A stretch of 58,355 bases of DNA from Candidatus Nanopelagicales bacterium (GTDB lineage: Bacteria > Actinomycetota > Actinomycetes > S36-B12): NCBI GenBank assembly GCA_044240195.1, contig JBIHZX010000004.1:1-58355 (forward strand). Direction: 5' to 3'. Shown in pieces: positions 27,451-38,684 of the stretch. The notes below the pieces were generated by a model that saw only the letters and a list, made by a program, of their open reading frames with translations, was not told where the DNA came from and did not search any database. Position 1 is the first letter of the stretch. Each line of letters opens with the position of its first letter. The position numbers were made by a program, and so were the translations under genes.

Positions 27451-28215
27451 ATGAGTGAAACTTCGTACACGTTGATTCTTCTACGTCACGGTGAGTCCGA
27501 ATGGAATGCCAAGAATCTATTCACCGGATGGGTTGACGTTGATCTCAATGACAAGGGCCGCGCGGAGGCGAAAAAGGGAGGCGAGCTACTGGCCGAAGCC
27601 GGGCTCTACCCTGACGTAGTCATCACATCCGTGCTCCAGCGCGCGATCAAGACCTCACAAATTGCGCTCGAGGCATGTGGGCGATTGTGGATTCCGGTCG
27701 TACGCAACTGGCGGCTCAATGAGCGTCACTATGGCGCACTCCAAGGAAAAGATAAGGCGCAAACACTGGCTGAGTTCGGTGAAGAGCAGTTCCTTTTGTG
27801 GCGTCGCTCATATGACACTCCACCACCACCCATAGATCCCAGCAGTGAGTTTGCTCAGAATTCCGATCCCCGCTATGCCACACTCCCGCCGGAGGCTGTG
27901 CCTAGCACCGAATGCTTAGCCGACGTTGTGGATCGCCTGATTCCTTTTTGGGAAGATGTGATTGTTGCAGAACATCTTCGCCGCGATGAAACAGTTCTGG
28001 TTGTTGCCCACGGTAATTCACTACGCGCATTGGTTAAGCACCTCGATGAAATTTCCGATGAAGATATCGCGGCCATAAACATCCCAACGGGAATTCCCTT
28101 GGTGTACAAACTCGATGAGAACCTAAAACCGATTGTTCCCGGTGGTGAATACCTCGATCCGGCTGCGGCTATCAAGGCTGCGGCGGCAGTCGCTGCTCAA
28201 GGAAACAAGAAGTAG
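27451..28215 (+). CDS. gpmA: 2,3-bisphosphoglycerate-dependent phosphoglycerate mutase
   Basis: [36 protein letters not shown]. Confidence 0.97.
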   Translation: MSETSYTLILLRHGESEWNAKNLFTGWVDVDLNDKGRAEAKKGGELLAEAGLYPDVVITSVLQRAIKTSQIALEACGRLWIPVVRNWRLNERHYGALQGKDKAQTLAEFGEEQFLLWRRSYDTPPPPIDPSSEFAQNSDPRYATLPPEAVPSTECLADVVDRLIPFWEDVIVAEHLRRDETVLVVAHGNSLRALVKHLDEISDEDIAAINIPTGIPLVYKLDENLKPIVPGGEYLDPAAAIKAAAAVAAQGNKK

Positions 28216-28223
28216 CGACCAAC

Positions 28224-28553
28224 CTAACGCTCGTCCTCAGTACCTAATGCTTCGACATATAGCTCTGTTGCATTCTGATTCGTGTCTGGCTTCTTCTTGC
28301 GTAGGATTCCTCGCTTGACTCGATCTCCGTGGTGCTTGACGTGGTGGATACTGCGCTTAGCCCAAGCAAATTCAGTGGCCAGAATTCCTAGGCCCAAAAG
28401 CATCACGACTAACCCGGGGCCAGGCAGCACTGTGAGGGCCACTCCCGTTATGAGCGTCACCATTCCCACCGAAGCGGCAAGAATTTTCCTGATCGGTCTA
28501 GGCAGCGATGCCCAAGAGTCGGTGTAACGCTGGACCCATTGAGATTTAGGCAT
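28224..28553 (-). CDS. PGPGW domain membrane protein
   Basis: LPGPGL...GLGILATEFAWA. Confidence 0.85.
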   Translation of the reverse strand: MPKSQWVQRYTDSWASLPRPIRKILAASVGMVTLITGVALTVLPGPGLVVMLLGLGILATEFAWAKRSIHHVKHHGDRVKRGILRKKKPDTNQNATELYVEALGTEDER

Positions 28554-28570
28554 CGATTAACTCTCTGCGC

Positions 28571-28849
28571 CTATTTGCGTCCGGTTATTTCGATCATCTT
28601 TGGACGAATATCAAACAGATAAATCAGGGCAATTACGGTTCCAGCGATTCCAAAGATTGACAGTGCCAAAGATGGCGCCAGTCCGGCGAGCACGGATACC
28701 CCGGTAAGAGCAACCCACAGCAGTTTTGTTTGCCGCCCGATAAACGGGAAGTATTCGGCCGGCCGGCGAATTGCATCGACTAAGGCGAATAGCTTCACCG
28801 CAAGCAGGATGGCCCAAAGTGCATAAACCACGAGAGTTTCAAAGCCCAT
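28571..28849 (-). CDS. DUF2516 family membrane protein
   Basis: ALVDAIRRP...TK..W...IYLFDIRPK. Confidence 0.85.
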   Translation of the reverse strand: MGFETLVVYALWAILLAVKLFALVDAIRRPAEYFPFIGRQTKLLWVALTGVSVLAGLAPSLALSIFGIAGTVIALIYLFDIRPKMIEITGRK

Positions 28850-28880
28850 GGAATGATGCTAACCGACGCCCCCGGCATAT

Positions 28881-28913
28881 GCGAAATCCCGCCGGTTTCC
28901 CAGCGGGATTCGC
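28881..28913 (-). terminator. Putative intrinsic terminator hairpin
   Basis: GCGAAATCCCGCCGG-TTTC-CCAGCGGGATTCGC (imperfect stem). Confidence 0.5.
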
Positions 28914-28950
28914 GAATAACTGTTCGGATTAACTCACGAGCCAATTGAAT

Positions 28951-29217
28951 TTAGACACCGATTGCTTCGCGCACCAGTGTCACTGTTTGACCGGCATTGT
29001 GCCGGATTTTGGTTGCTGCTTCAGACGCTGTTGCATAACCGTCTTTTGCGGCAGACTTCATTGCGTCAATGGCTGTTCCGACACCATCCATGTTTACAGC
29101 GGACATGTCAATCTTTGGGAAATCAACCTTGGGGAATTCAACCTTGGGAATATCAATTTTTGGCAATTCGACTCCAAAGAAGTTGAATTTATTTGATGTG
29201 TTCATTTCTTCCGACAT
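28951..29217 (-). CDS. Small protein with pentapeptide repeats, at the hbhA-equivalent position
   Basis: VELPK IDIPK VEFPK VDFPK IDM repeats, then an Ala-rich helix; lies between an Rv0474-like HTH gene and DUF2516. Confidence 0.7.
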   Translation of the reverse strand: MSEEMNTSNKFNFFGVELPKIDIPKVEFPKVDFPKIDMSAVNMDGVGTAIDAMKSAAKDGYATASEAATKIRHNAGQTVTLVREAIGV

Positions 29218-29234
29218 TTCATCCTCTTTCATTT

Positions 29235-29612
29235 TCATTGTGTTTTCTTATTCGTATTTGATTCCATAGTCGAACCGTTTTCTGCTTGGAACGCTGCGTA
29301 AATCTGAAGCAGTGTTGTGCGCTGTCGCTCGGTCAAGGTTCGATCCGAAGCAATGGCGGTGGTCACAACTTCGTCACCCGCACGATCGCTGAGGATGCCC
29401 GCTTGGACGTAGAGGCTCTCCGCGGAGATCCTGAGTCCTTGGGCAATCCGATTCAGGATTTCAGCACTGGGTTTGCGCAATCCGCGCTCAACTTGGCTCA
29501 GATATGGATTCGACACCTCGGCAGCCTTTGCCAGCTGGCGAAGTGACATTTGAGCTTGGTCACGCTGGTCTCGGATAAAAGAACCGAGTCCGCTGACATC
29601 TATTCCGGCCAT
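29235..29612 (-). CDS. XRE-family HTH regulator (Rv0474-like)
   Basis: LGSFIRDQR..AQMSLRQLA..AEVSNPYLSQVERGLRKPSAEIL. Confidence 0.92.
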   Translation of the reverse strand: MAGIDVSGLGSFIRDQRDQAQMSLRQLAKAAEVSNPYLSQVERGLRKPSAEILNRIAQGLRISAESLYVQAGILSDRAGDEVVTTAIASDRTLTERQRTTLLQIYAAFQAENGSTMESNTNKKTQ

Positions 29613-29629
29613 GGCTCCAGTATGCACCC

Positions 29630-29661
29630 AAGTGCTTGCAATTGCAAACGGAAGTGCTTGC
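29630..29661. promoter_or_regulatory. Operator-like palindrome and direct repeat upstream of the XRE gene
   Basis: TTGCAATTGCAA palindrome at 29636-29647; AAGTGCTTGC at 29630 and 29652. Confidence 0.55.
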
Positions 29662-29858
29662 TGGGGCTAGCGCCGTATTTTTAGGTAAAATGTGGATGGA
29701 AATAACCACGGGAAATCGGCACTACAACGTGACCATAGAAATCCCACTCGGTGTGCCCGTTCCGGGAACACGCGGCAAGGAGCATGGCCGAGTTACGAAG
29801 TGTCCCAACCGACGATCCCGAGTACCTTTCCATAATCCGATCATGACACGCTTAAGTG

Positions 29859-30338
29859 ATGCGGGCGATAGTGCAACGGGCAATTGACGCCAATGTGGTT
29901 GTTGATCACACAGTAATCGGCTCATTTGCCGGACCTGGACTGGTCGTTCTGGTGGGGGTGACCCACACGGACACCACAGCTGCGGCTAATAAATTGGCGG
30001 AAAAGATATTTGGATTACGAATCTTTGATCAAGAGTTTATTTCGCAATTTGACCAAATCTGTGTTCCGCCAGGATCCTCACGTGAACTCAGCGCGGGGGA
30101 ATTGGGACTGCCCATGTTGGTGATTAGCCAATTCACACTTTATGCATCAACAAGCAAAGGTCGCCGTCCCACCTGGGATGCTGCTGCGCCCGGCGAAGTC
30201 GCTGAACCACTCGTTGAAGCTGTTGCCCAGAAGTTGCGCCAGTTGGGAACGCAGGTTTCACAAGGAAAGTTTGGTGCGGACATGAATGTCTCATTAACCA
30301 ATGCGGGGCCCATGACGTTGATCATTGACGTTGATTAA
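29859..30338 (+). CDS. dtd: D-aminoacyl-tRNA deacylase
   Basis: MRAIVQR, SQFTL, KGRRP, FGADM.VSLTNAGP. Confidence 0.95.
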   Translation: MRAIVQRAIDANVVVDHTVIGSFAGPGLVVLVGVTHTDTTAAANKLAEKIFGLRIFDQEFISQFDQICVPPGSSRELSAGELGLPMLVISQFTLYASTSKGRRPTWDAAAPGEVAEPLVEAVAQKLRQLGTQVSQGKFGADMNVSLTNAGPMTLIIDVD

Positions 30339-31366
30339 TTGTCAGTGACAACCAATTCTTGATTTGCCGTGATCACATTGCCGTCATGTAACACATGCAA
30401 TGTTTCGTCAGCGGGTGTTGAACGTTTGATGACCGCTGTTGCGATGGGTCCGAGTTCATAGTGCCTTGCGGGGGTTGCGATAAAGCCAATTACCTTGCCG
30501 GCCGCTGTTGTGACTTCGTCACCGTGTGAAGGTAAATCACTGTCGCTGCCATCAAGATGAAGGAGAACAAGCCGGCGCGGCGGTTTACCCAGGTTGTAGA
30601 CACGGGCAACGGTTTCTTGGCCACGGTAACAACCCTTTTGTAAGTGGACACCAGATCCAATCCAACCAAGTTCGTGGGGCAAGGATTTATGGTCGGTCTC
30701 ACGAGCGAACTGGGGAACAGCCGCGGCGGTCCGAATCGCGTTATAAGCCCACGTTCCTGCACGATTGGGAAATTGATCAAGTCGCTCCGCCAGCTTTGAT
30801 CGAGGAACAATTACCTGACGGCCAAGGAATAGTTCAGGACGGGCGGCAACGTACTTGTCCACATATCCCACGCCCGCAATTCCTGCGCCAGCGAACTCGT
30901 CCGGGGTGAGCCACGTGATGACACTGGGATCAACGGCGTGCACCGGTTCCCAAACCACCGCAAATACCTCGCTTACGTCAGCGACCTCAACGCGTAACAT
31001 AAACCGCATTGAATTGAGATAGGCAGTCAGCGCGGTGGCAGTGTTCGGAGGTGTAATGAGCCAGGTTGTCTCTCCGTCGTCAACTACATGTAACTCTTGT
31101 TCAACGTGCCCGTGTGGACTGAGAATCAAAGCGATCCGGGAGACATGTGGCTCCAAGTTTTCCAAGAATGCGGTGGTCAGGCTGTGCAACCACGAGAGTC
31201 GATCCACTCCCGTAACGGTAACGACACCCCAGTGAGAAAGATCGACACTCGCCTCACCGGCAATGAGTAAACGCTGCTCACGATGCGGGTCGCCGTAGTG
31301 CCAAGCTACACCGAAATCAAGATCCGACTCTGGTGCGGGGATTGGGGTGATGCCAACTTCACCCAT
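30335..31366 (-). CDS. ygfZ: YgfZ/GcvT-family folate-binding protein
   Basis: WHYGDP..EQR, KGCYRGQETVAR signature. Confidence 0.92.
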   Translation of the reverse strand: MGEVGITPIPAPESDLDFGVAWHYGDPHREQRLLIAGEASVDLSHWGVVTVTGVDRLSWLHSLTTAFLENLEPHVSRIALILSPHGHVEQELHVVDDGETTWLITPPNTATALTAYLNSMRFMLRVEVADVSEVFAVVWEPVHAVDPSVITWLTPDEFAGAGIAGVGYVDKYVAARPELFLGRQVIVPRSKLAERLDQFPNRAGTWAYNAIRTAAAVPQFARETDHKSLPHELGWIGSGVHLQKGCYRGQETVARVYNLGKPPRRLVLLHLDGSDSDLPSHGDEVTTAAGKVIGFIATPARHYELGPIATAVIKRSTPADETLHVLHDGNVITANQELVVTDN

Positions 31367-31799
31367 TTGTTTTTGACTCCAATTTATTGGCGCAAACTTT
31401 ACACAAACCGGTCAGTGCCATGTGGGTCATGTGGGCGTTGAATCCGTAGGTTTCTTGCAGGTCAAGTGAAAATTCAGCAGCCGCAGCGGCCGGAATGCTG
31501 GTCACTTCCGCGCAGTTGTCACACACAAGATGAATATGCGGGGACTCATCTTGCGAGTGATAAACGGGTGCGCCGTGCCCGATGTGTGTATGCGTGATCA
31601 AGCCAACGCTCTCCAGCACTTCTAGGGTCCGGTAAATGGTTGAGAGATTCACACCTGATGCCGTCTTTTGCACCGAGGACAGGATCTCCTCGGGTGTTCC
31701 ATGCCCCAGTTGGTTCACCGACTCCAGTACTAATTGTCTCTGCGGGGTAATGCGAAAACCTTGCTCGCGAAGCCGGTCCTCCCAGGGCGTCGATTCCAT
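31359..31799 (-). CDS. Fur-family regulator (Nur-like position)
   Basis: RITPQR, LSTIYRTL, HIHLVCDNC, GLCKVC. Confidence 0.92.
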   Translation of the reverse strand: MESTPWEDRLREQGFRITPQRQLVLESVNQLGHGTPEEILSSVQKTASGVNLSTIYRTLEVLESVGLITHTHIGHGAPVYHSQDESPHIHLVCDNCAEVTSIPAAAAAEFSLDLQETYGFNAHMTHMALTGLCKVCANKLESKTNG

Positions 31800-31804
31800 G
31801 GGAA

Positions 31805-32326
31805 CTACAGGTCTTCAACTGCTGGGCGTAATTTCGCGGAAAGATGATTTTGCATGGGCTGCTCCATCGCTGCCATGTCAAAAGTCCACACAAGTTGTGA
31901 GTCAAACAATCCGTAAAGGCGCTCGCCATGGGTATACGGTTTCGCGCTTTCGGTTCGAATAACAACGTCAGTTTTCAACGTTGCTCGTGCGCTCGTAATT
32001 TTTGCGTTGTCCAAACCAAGCACCTCGGTTGTACCAATATAGATTTCGGCAAAACCCGTTGGGTGAGACAGAACTAATTCAATCTGATTGTCAGGGCGTG
32101 GACGCCAATACCCTGACTCGGTTGCGAGCGGTTTAATTCGCTCGCCTGCTTCGTCGAGGAGCCAACTGCGGGAAACATAGTTAATAAATGGTCGACCATC
32201 ACAGGAAAATACAACCTCCTGCCCGAATCTAAAATCCTCAATTGTGGGGTAAGTACCCAGTCCGACTCCAACCCAGCTTCCGATCAGCCACGAAAGTGGC
32301 ATGACCTCAACAGGAAGCTTGTCCAC
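31805..32326 (-). CDS. FABP-like/nitrobindin (DUF1794) protein
   Basis: PLSWLIGSW.G.G.G.YPTI, ESGYWR, RLYG, HLSA.L. Confidence 0.9.
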   Translation of the reverse strand: MDKLPVEVMPLSWLIGSWVGVGLGTYPTIEDFRFGQEVVFSCDGRPFINYVSRSWLLDEAGERIKPLATESGYWRPRPDNQIELVLSHPTGFAEIYIGTTEVLGLDNAKITSARATLKTDVVIRTESAKPYTHGERLYGLFDSQLVWTFDMAAMEQPMQNHLSAKLRPAVEDL

Positions 32327-32329
32327 AGA

Positions 32330-32431
32330 TCAGCCTTGGCCCTTGAAGAGTTTGGCCACAACGTAAAACGAGAAAAAACCGGCGGCAGCGATTGCAATAA
32401 CGAGGAGTGATGTGTACACGAATTCCAACAT
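32330..32431 (-). CDS. 33-aa single-TM small protein
   Basis: Manual translation MLEFVYTSLLVIAIAAAGFFSFYVVAKLFKGQG*; fills the gap between two co-oriented genes. Confidence 0.65.
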   Translation of the reverse strand: MLEFVYTSLLVIAIAAAGFFSFYVVAKLFKGQG

Positions 32432-32440
32432 GTGCGCACT

Positions 32441-33247
32441 CTACCCTTTCACGCCATTTTGCTCATATGGGACATGAGACCTCAGCCATTCTCCGATGGC
32501 AGTCAGAGTTTCCGCGCTAATGGCTGTCTCGGCGTGCCCGAACCCCTCAACCACAATCACCGTGGCATTTGCATTGCCGGCTCGCTCGATCGCATTTTCC
32601 AAAGCGTATGCATGCTCAACCGGGAAGTACTTGTCCACGTCACCGTGCACGATTAACAGTGGCATGTGTGAGAGCCGCTCAACCGCAACCTCAGGTGAAA
32701 TCGGGGGTGGATCTGGCCACGGTGTACTGGAAACATGGACACCTTTGCCACGCAAAACCAGGCGACCCGCTTGGGTCTCAATCAGGCGATGAACCACCCG
32801 CATAATCGGTGTTCCGCGGTAAAACCAAAATGCGGGGGCGCTCACGCTCACGACAAGATCCGGTTTAGCCGCACCCTGTGCCAATGCAGCCTGACGCAAT
32901 ACGACTGATCCACCCATGGAAAAGCCAACGGTTGCCACGCGACGGTAACCGAAGTCGCGAGCGTGGGCTACGGCTGCGTCAACATCATAAATTTCATCCA
33001 TGCCCATCGTGCCTTCACCACCGGAATCCCCGTGACCGCGAAGGTCGAGCGCAAGTACCCCGCCAAATTCCCTCAATGCCGCGACCACTTTTTTGACATG
33101 GTCTTGCTCACGGTTCCCCGTGAATCCGTGGGCCAGAACAATCCCTAGGGCGAGTGGATCTGAATCGGTCTTTGCGTGAACCCACGTTGAATGGGTTCCC
33201 GCAATGCGCACTTCATCCCGCGTATACAGGGTGAATTCGGAGTGCAT
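32441..33247 (-). CDS. Alpha/beta hydrolase
   Basis: HGFTG, DLRGHG.S, GFSMGG nucleophile, HGD.D, GFGHAE. Confidence 0.9.
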   Translation of the reverse strand: MHSEFTLYTRDEVRIAGTHSTWVHAKTDSDPLALGIVLAHGFTGNREQDHVKKVVAALREFGGVLALDLRGHGDSGGEGTMGMDEIYDVDAAVAHARDFGYRRVATVGFSMGGSVVLRQAALAQGAAKPDLVVSVSAPAFWFYRGTPIMRVVHRLIETQAGRLVLRGKGVHVSSTPWPDPPPISPEVAVERLSHMPLLIVHGDVDKYFPVEHAYALENAIERAGNANATVIVVEGFGHAETAISAETLTAIGEWLRSHVPYEQNGVKG

Positions 33248-33343
33248 ACCCCTATTTTGCCGGTTAGCTCCGGTGACTTAGTCGGCACCTATATATGCAC
33301 GAAATATGCAATCGGTAGTCTAAGCCTTGATTTAGGAGGTGGC

Positions 33344-34063
33344 ATGCGAATAGTTCTCTTGACCCGTGCCATGCACTCTTCCGCTGAAGTCCTTCCAGCG
33401 TTGACGCTCCTCAACCACAGCGTTCGCGTTTTGGGAGCAGAACCATCTTCTTTATTGGCGGTCGATAATTCCGATGTCGTCCTCGTTGACGGACGCATGG
33501 ATCTCGCAGCCGTTCGAAGTTTCACACGATTGCTGTGTGACACGGGTGCTGGTGCACCCATCCTGCTGATCACCACCGAAGGGAACCTCACCGCGGTCCA
33601 AGGTGACTGGGGAATTGACGACTTCATGTTGAATACGACTTCCCCCGCTGAACTTGAAGCACGACTGCGGATCGCTGTTGCTCGCTACAACATTAGTTTG
33701 GGAATTGACGCGAATCGCAGCCCTGAAGAAATTAATCTCGGAGCCCTCCACATTGACGAGGTCAGCTACAGCGTTCGACTTAATGGTCGTCCTCTCGATT
33801 TAACATTTAAAGAATTTGAGTTGTTGAAATATCTCGCTCAACACCCAGGTCGAGTTTTCACTCGCGCCGTTTTATTGCAAGAAGTGTGGGGTTACGACTA
33901 CTTTGGTGGAACCCGCACCGTTGACGTGCATGTCCGACGTCTTCGCGCGAAACTTGGTTTAGAGAATGAAGCCCTTATCGGCACAGTGCGAAATGTTGGT
34001 TATCGATTTGTTCTCGAAGCCCCGGAATCTGCAAACGGGCGTATCGATCAACTTCAGTCGTAA
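33344..34063 (+). CDS. glnR: Nitrogen response regulator GlnR
   Basis: [58 protein letters not shown]; AGGAGG RBS before ATG 33344; upstream of mshD. Confidence 0.92.
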   Translation: MRIVLLTRAMHSSAEVLPALTLLNHSVRVLGAEPSSLLAVDNSDVVLVDGRMDLAAVRSFTRLLCDTGAGAPILLITTEGNLTAVQGDWGIDDFMLNTTSPAELEARLRIAVARYNISLGIDANRSPEEINLGALHIDEVSYSVRLNGRPLDLTFKEFELLKYLAQHPGRVFTRAVLLQEVWGYDYFGGTRTVDVHVRRLRAKLGLENEALIGTVRNVGYRFVLEAPESANGRIDQLQS

Positions 34064-34069
34064 CGCATC

Positions 34070-35047
34070 ATGTCTCATCAGTCGTCGGTTATCTCAACGG
34101 TAGTTCTCGGCCACCTTGATCCCGTGCAAGTGGATCAGATAACGCAACTACTCAACAGCGCAACTGAATTTGATGGTGTTCGTCCGTTGAGCGAGCATGC
34201 ATGGCTGCACCTTCGCTCCGGTGAAAGTGGCCTGCACATACTTGGGCTTTCTGATGATCACGGAGTTCACGGAGTTCACGGGGACGACCATTCACACATT
34301 GTTGGTTACGCGCACGTGGACGTCACCGATCTCGTTGAAGGTGCGAGTGCTGAGTTGGTTGTTGCTCCAGAATCACGAAACAGTGGGGTGGGTCACGCGT
34401 TAGTAGAGCAGGCATTGAAAGTCTCACCCGACGGGCGACTGCGCCTTTGGGCGCACGGCCTCACAAGTGGTGCACAATCTCTCGCTGACTCCCTTGGTTT
34501 CGTACTGAGTCGCTCCTTGTGGCAAATGCGACGCTCACTTTTCGCACCACTTCCACCAGCACAGATTCCAGCCGGTGTATCGATCCGGGCGTTTGATCCG
34601 GCAACTGATATCGAGGGGGTATTGGCTGTCAACGCACGCGCCTTCGCCGATCTACCAGATCAAGGTAACTGGACAAAAGCCGATATCTTGACGCGGCTGA
34701 AGGAGTCCTGGTTTAACGCAGACGGATTCTTTATCGCTGTTGACTCACACACCGATGCCATCATCGGATTTCACTGGACCAAAGTTCATGGATCTGGCGG
34801 ACATGGATCAGATCACAGCCACGAGACAATTGGCGAGGTGTACGTGCTTGCCGTTGATCCGGAAAACCGGGTACCAGGGTTAGGACGGGCCTTGAGCGCC
34901 TGGGGGTTGACGTATTTGCGAAGCCTCGGGCTTAGCCAGGCAATGCTCTATGTCGATTCTTCCAATGAGCGGGCTATCGCCCTCTATGAAAGCATGAAGT
35001 TCGTGCATTGGGATACCGACGTCATGTACCGGCGGCCCGTTCACTAG
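34070..35047 (+). CDS. mshD: Mycothiol synthase
   Basis: [45 protein letters not shown]. Confidence 0.95.
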   Translation: MSHQSSVISTVVLGHLDPVQVDQITQLLNSATEFDGVRPLSEHAWLHLRSGESGLHILGLSDDHGVHGVHGDDHSHIVGYAHVDVTDLVEGASAELVVAPESRNSGVGHALVEQALKVSPDGRLRLWAHGLTSGAQSLADSLGFVLSRSLWQMRRSLFAPLPPAQIPAGVSIRAFDPATDIEGVLAVNARAFADLPDQGNWTKADILTRLKESWFNADGFFIAVDSHTDAIIGFHWTKVHGSGGHGSDHSHETIGEVYVLAVDPENRVPGLGRALSAWGLTYLRSLGLSQAMLYVDSSNERAIALYESMKFVHWDTDVMYRRPVH

Positions 35048-35058
35048 AGAAGTCCGAA

Positions 35059-35102
35059 ATTCAACAGCACTTGGCTCCTTGATCGCCTTGGGTTCACCTT
35101 GC
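35059..35102 (+). promoter_or_regulatory. PHO-box-like 11-bp repeats upstream of ppk1
   Basis: In-phase units ATTCAACAGCA, GATCGCCTTGG and GTTCACCTTGC. Confidence 0.5.
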
Positions 35103-35129
35103 AGTACCTCCTCATGGCACGATACGCGC

Positions 35130-37304
35130 ATGAGTATCTCGGACTATTCGGCTGACGGTCCCCCAACGGGTGAATTTGCGGCAATTATCCTCAAAGATGA
35201 GTACGCCAGCGACCTACCGGCGAATCGGTTCCTCGACCGAGAACTCTCCTGGCTCGCATTTAACAAACGGGTCCTTGACCTGGCCGAGGACACCGGACTG
35301 CCGCTCCTTGAGCGTGCCAAGTTTCTCGCAATTTTTGCTAGCAACCTTGACGAGTTCTTTATGGTCCGGGTGGCTGGCCTTAAACGTCGCATAGCCACCG
35401 GCATTGCTGTGCGAGCCGCCAGCGGATACACCCCCAAGGAAGTTCTCGAAAATATTTGGGAACGGGCATTCGCACTGCAACGGCAACAGGCGGACTACTT
35501 CGTGAACACCGTAGAACCTGAGCTGACCCAAGCGGGTATTCATATCCTGCGTTGGGATCAACTCACGCCGGTTGAAAAAACTGAAATGGACCTCTTCTTT
35601 GACGCACAGGTTTTTCCGATCTTAACTCCACTTGCGGTTGATCCTTCGCACCCTTTTCCCTACATCAGCGGGCTCTCACTCAACCTTGCCGTCGTGGTCC
35701 AAAATCCAACAACCGGAAATCAACTTTTCGCCCGTGTCAAGGTTCCACCGTTACTTCCACGTTTCATTGAAGTTGGTCCTTCCCGCTACGTGCCACTTGA
35801 AGACATCATCGCCGCGCATTTGAGTGACCTGTTCCCTGGAATGGAGATCCGAGAGCACCATGCCTTCCGGGTCACCCGCAATGAAGACGTTGAAGTTGAA
35901 GAAGACGACGCAGAAAATCTCCTCCTTGCCCTCGAACGTGAATTGGTGCGTCGACGTTTTGGACCTCCCGTGCGCCTTGAAGTCGAAGAAAACATCGATC
36001 CTTATGTCCTTGATCTGCTGGTGAGCGAGCTTGATGTCACCGACCTGGAAGTATTCCGACTTCCTGGACCTTTGGACTTAACCGGTTTGTGGACAATTGT
36101 GAGTCTTGACCGCGATGATCTCAAGCAACGTAAGTTCGTTCCTAAAACTTCACGAGCCCTCTCCGATGTTGAAAGTTCCAGCGCTCCTGACATTTTGAGT
36201 ATCGTCCGTGAAAAAGATGTCCTACTGCACCACCCGTATGACTCTTTCTCAACCAGCGTTCAACTTTTCCTCGAACAGGCTGCCGTTGACCCACAGGTTT
36301 TGGCCATCAAGCAAACCCTTTACCGCACTTCCGGTGATTCACCAATTGTTGATGCCCTTATCCTCGCAGCAGAAGAGGGTAAACAAGTACTTGCAATTGT
36401 CGAAATCAAAGCACGCTTTGATGAACAAAACAATATTGATTGGGCACGCAAACTTGAACAGGCTGGGGTACACGTTGTTTACGGGCTCGTTGGATTAAAA
36501 ACCCACAGCAAGTTGTCCATGGTGGTCCGCGACGATGGTGACCAACTTCGCAGGTACTGTCATATAGGTACCGGAAATTATCACCCAAAGACGGCGCGCC
36601 TCTACGAAGATTTCGGTCTGCTGACAAGTAACCCGCAGGTGGGCGAGGACGTGTCGAATCTTTTCAATGTTCTATCCGGGTATTCAATGAACACCGATTA
36701 CAACCGTCTCCTTGTGGCCCCACACTCCGTTCGAACTGGCCTGATCGCTCGCATTGACCGGGAAATTACACACCACCTTGAAGGTCGCCCGTCCGGTATT
36801 CGTTTCAAGTGCAACTCACTAGTTGACGAGGCGATCATTGACTCGCTGTACCGAGCATCGATTGTGGGTGTCCCCATTGATATTTGGGTTCGTGGAATTT
36901 GCGCCCTGCGCCCCGGCGTTCCCGGGCTGAGCGAAACGATCCGGGTTGTCAGTGTTATGGGGCGCTTCCTTGAGCACAGCCGGGTTTACACCTTTACCAA
37001 TGGTGGTAACCGATCCGTGTGGATTGGTTCGGCCGACCTAATGCACCGTAATCTGGATCGGCGGGTTGAGACCTTGGTGAGCATCCTTGACCCTGAACAA
37101 ATTGCTGAGATAGAGGATTTACTCAACTTGGGATTTGCCCCAGGTAGCGCGGCATGGGATTTGAATGCTGACGGGAATTGGAATCGACGGTTATTCGATG
37201 AATCAGGTACACGTCTCACCGATGTTCAAGAACTGTTGATCGCTATCCAGAGTAAGCGCTCTAGTGCACTGGAGTCGGGAGTGCTCACCGGTGAAGTTTC
37301 CTAG
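35130..37304 (+). CDS. ppk1: Polyphosphate kinase 1
   Basis: [56 protein letters not shown]. Confidence 0.97.
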   Translation: MSISDYSADGPPTGEFAAIILKDEYASDLPANRFLDRELSWLAFNKRVLDLAEDTGLPLLERAKFLAIFASNLDEFFMVRVAGLKRRIATGIAVRAASGYTPKEVLENIWERAFALQRQQADYFVNTVEPELTQAGIHILRWDQLTPVEKTEMDLFFDAQVFPILTPLAVDPSHPFPYISGLSLNLAVVVQNPTTGNQLFARVKVPPLLPRFIEVGPSRYVPLEDIIAAHLSDLFPGMEIREHHAFRVTRNEDVEVEEDDAENLLLALERELVRRRFGPPVRLEVEENIDPYVLDLLVSELDVTDLEVFRLPGPLDLTGLWTIVSLDRDDLKQRKFVPKTSRALSDVESSSAPDILSIVREKDVLLHHPYDSFSTSVQLFLEQAAVDPQVLAIKQTLYRTSGDSPIVDALILAAEEGKQVLAIVEIKARFDEQNNIDWARKLEQAGVHVVYGLVGLKTHSKLSMVVRDDGDQLRRYCHIGTGNYHPKTARLYEDFGLLTSNPQVGEDVSNLFNVLSGYSMNTDYNRLLVAPHSVRTGLIARIDREITHHLEGRPSGIRFKCNSLVDEAIIDSLYRASIVGVPIDIWVRGICALRPGVPGLSETIRVVSVMGRFLEHSRVYTFTNGGNRSVWIGSADLMHRNLDRRVETLVSILDPEQIAEIEDLLNLGFAPGSAAWDLNADGNWNRRLFDESGTRLTDVQELLIAIQSKRSSALESGVLTGEVS

Positions 37305-37331
37305 ATCTTGCTCACGGGCAATGTCAAAGCC

Positions 37332-38684
37332 ATGAAATCACCCACGAGCGCTTCACACGTTGAGACCGAGTTCAAATTCCGAGTCCCTCTGGACTTTGAT
37401 TTTCCAAGTTTTCCGCAATCACTGGGTACCTGGGCCAACGAATCAGTTCGAAATATGGATGCCACGTATTGGGACACGGCTGATGCAACCTTGTTACGTT
37501 GGGGAATCACTATGCGGAACCGCACCGGGGGTGGAGATGATGGCTGGCATCTCAAGATCCCGACACCGACAACAACACCTACCAATGCTGCGAGTGTGCG
37601 CACCGAACTTCACCGTGACGGGGCGAGCGCAACTCCCCCGGTTGAATTTCTTGAGTTGCTTTCAGCAATTTTGCGAGGATCTGAAGTTATTCCTATTGCG
37701 CGCGTTCACACCGAGCGCAAACCCCAAGTTCTTGCCGATTCACGTGGTGCGATCATTGAATTAGTCGACGACTTGGTCACCCTGTCCCGCGGTACTCACA
37801 TACTCGATGAGTTCCGAGAGATCGAAGTTGAATTGATGGATGACGGCGCGCTGCCAGAAGCCCTGGTGATCGGTGAGATTCTGGGTAATGCCGGCGCCGA
37901 GTCCAGTTCGGTCAGCAAAGCCGCCGGTGCGTTTGGGCCGGCCGCTCAGAAGCAATCGGATATTCCCCAACTTCCCAAGCCAGGGAAAGGTGATCTGCCA
38001 TGTGATCTCATGCGGTGGGCACTCTCCCGCCAGGTGCGCAAGATTTTCCACGCTGAAATAACCAGCAGAATCAGCAACGAAACCATGACTCTCACCACAG
38101 AGTTAACGAGCCTTGAAGATTTGCTCACTGCACTGCGCAACTGGCTCAATACAGAGGAACAAGAATTTTTGCGGGAAGATCTCGCCTGGTTGATCCGCGA
38201 ATTGAGTGTTGGCACAGAGTTGTCCCAGCAGCATGAACTTGCTAACGCTGCGATTGATTCCCTTTCTGACCTTGGCGATCACCACGAAGCCGAAGTGGCA
38301 ATCGAACGGTATTTCACGAGCAAGAGTGAAGCGGCTAGATCCAGCCTTCAAGCCGCTCGCCGCAGTGACCGTTACCTGTTCCTGTTCAGCGATCTGGTCA
38401 ACCTTGCCCGCATACCCGCAGTTGTCTCCGAAGCTTATGAAGAAAATAGTATTTGGGACCGCATTTCGCAAGACCCGTGTGACCAGATCACTGTTGCGCG
38501 GCATTTCAAGGACATCTTCAAAAAGAAGAGTAAAAATATTGGCAGGAATCTCAAGTGCACGCGTACGCGTGCTCCAGATTCGAATGTCGGTGAGCTAATG
38601 CGACAAATCGCCCTGTCCGGAAAGAGTGATCCTGCGGAATCTTTTGCATTGGGCATCGCGCTGGCGGTAAGGTCAAAACCATGA
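37332..38684 (+). CDS. CYTH domain protein with degenerate CHAD-like C-terminus
   Basis: ETEFKF, YWDT.D..L...G...R.R, GWHLK, EIEVEL. Confidence 0.8.
   Translation: MKSPTSASHVETEFKFRVPLDFDFPSFPQSLGTWANESVRNMDATYWDTADATLLRWGITMRNRTGGGDDGWHLKIPTPTTTPTNAASVRTELHRDGASATPPVEFLELLSAILRGSEVIPIARVHTERKPQVLADSRGAIIELVDDLVTLSRGTHILDEFREIEVELMDDGALPEALVIGEILGNAGAESSSVSKAAGAFGPAAQKQSDIPQLPKPGKGDLPCDLMRWALSRQVRKIFHAEITSRISNETMTLTTELTSLEDLLTALRNWLNTEEQEFLREDLAWLIRELSVGTELSQQHELANAAIDSLSDLGDHHEAEVAIERYFTSKSEAARSSLQAARRSDRYLFLFSDLVNLARIPAVVSEAYEENSIWDRISQDPCDQITVARHFKDIFKKKSKNIGRNLKCTRTRAPDSNVGELMRQIALSGKSDPAESFALGIALAVRSKP

Noticed and set aside
29636-29887. 83-aa ORF between the XRE gene and dtd
   Set aside because: It starts within the operator palindrome, overlaps dtd and has no recognisable motif; about 200 nt here remain unexplained.
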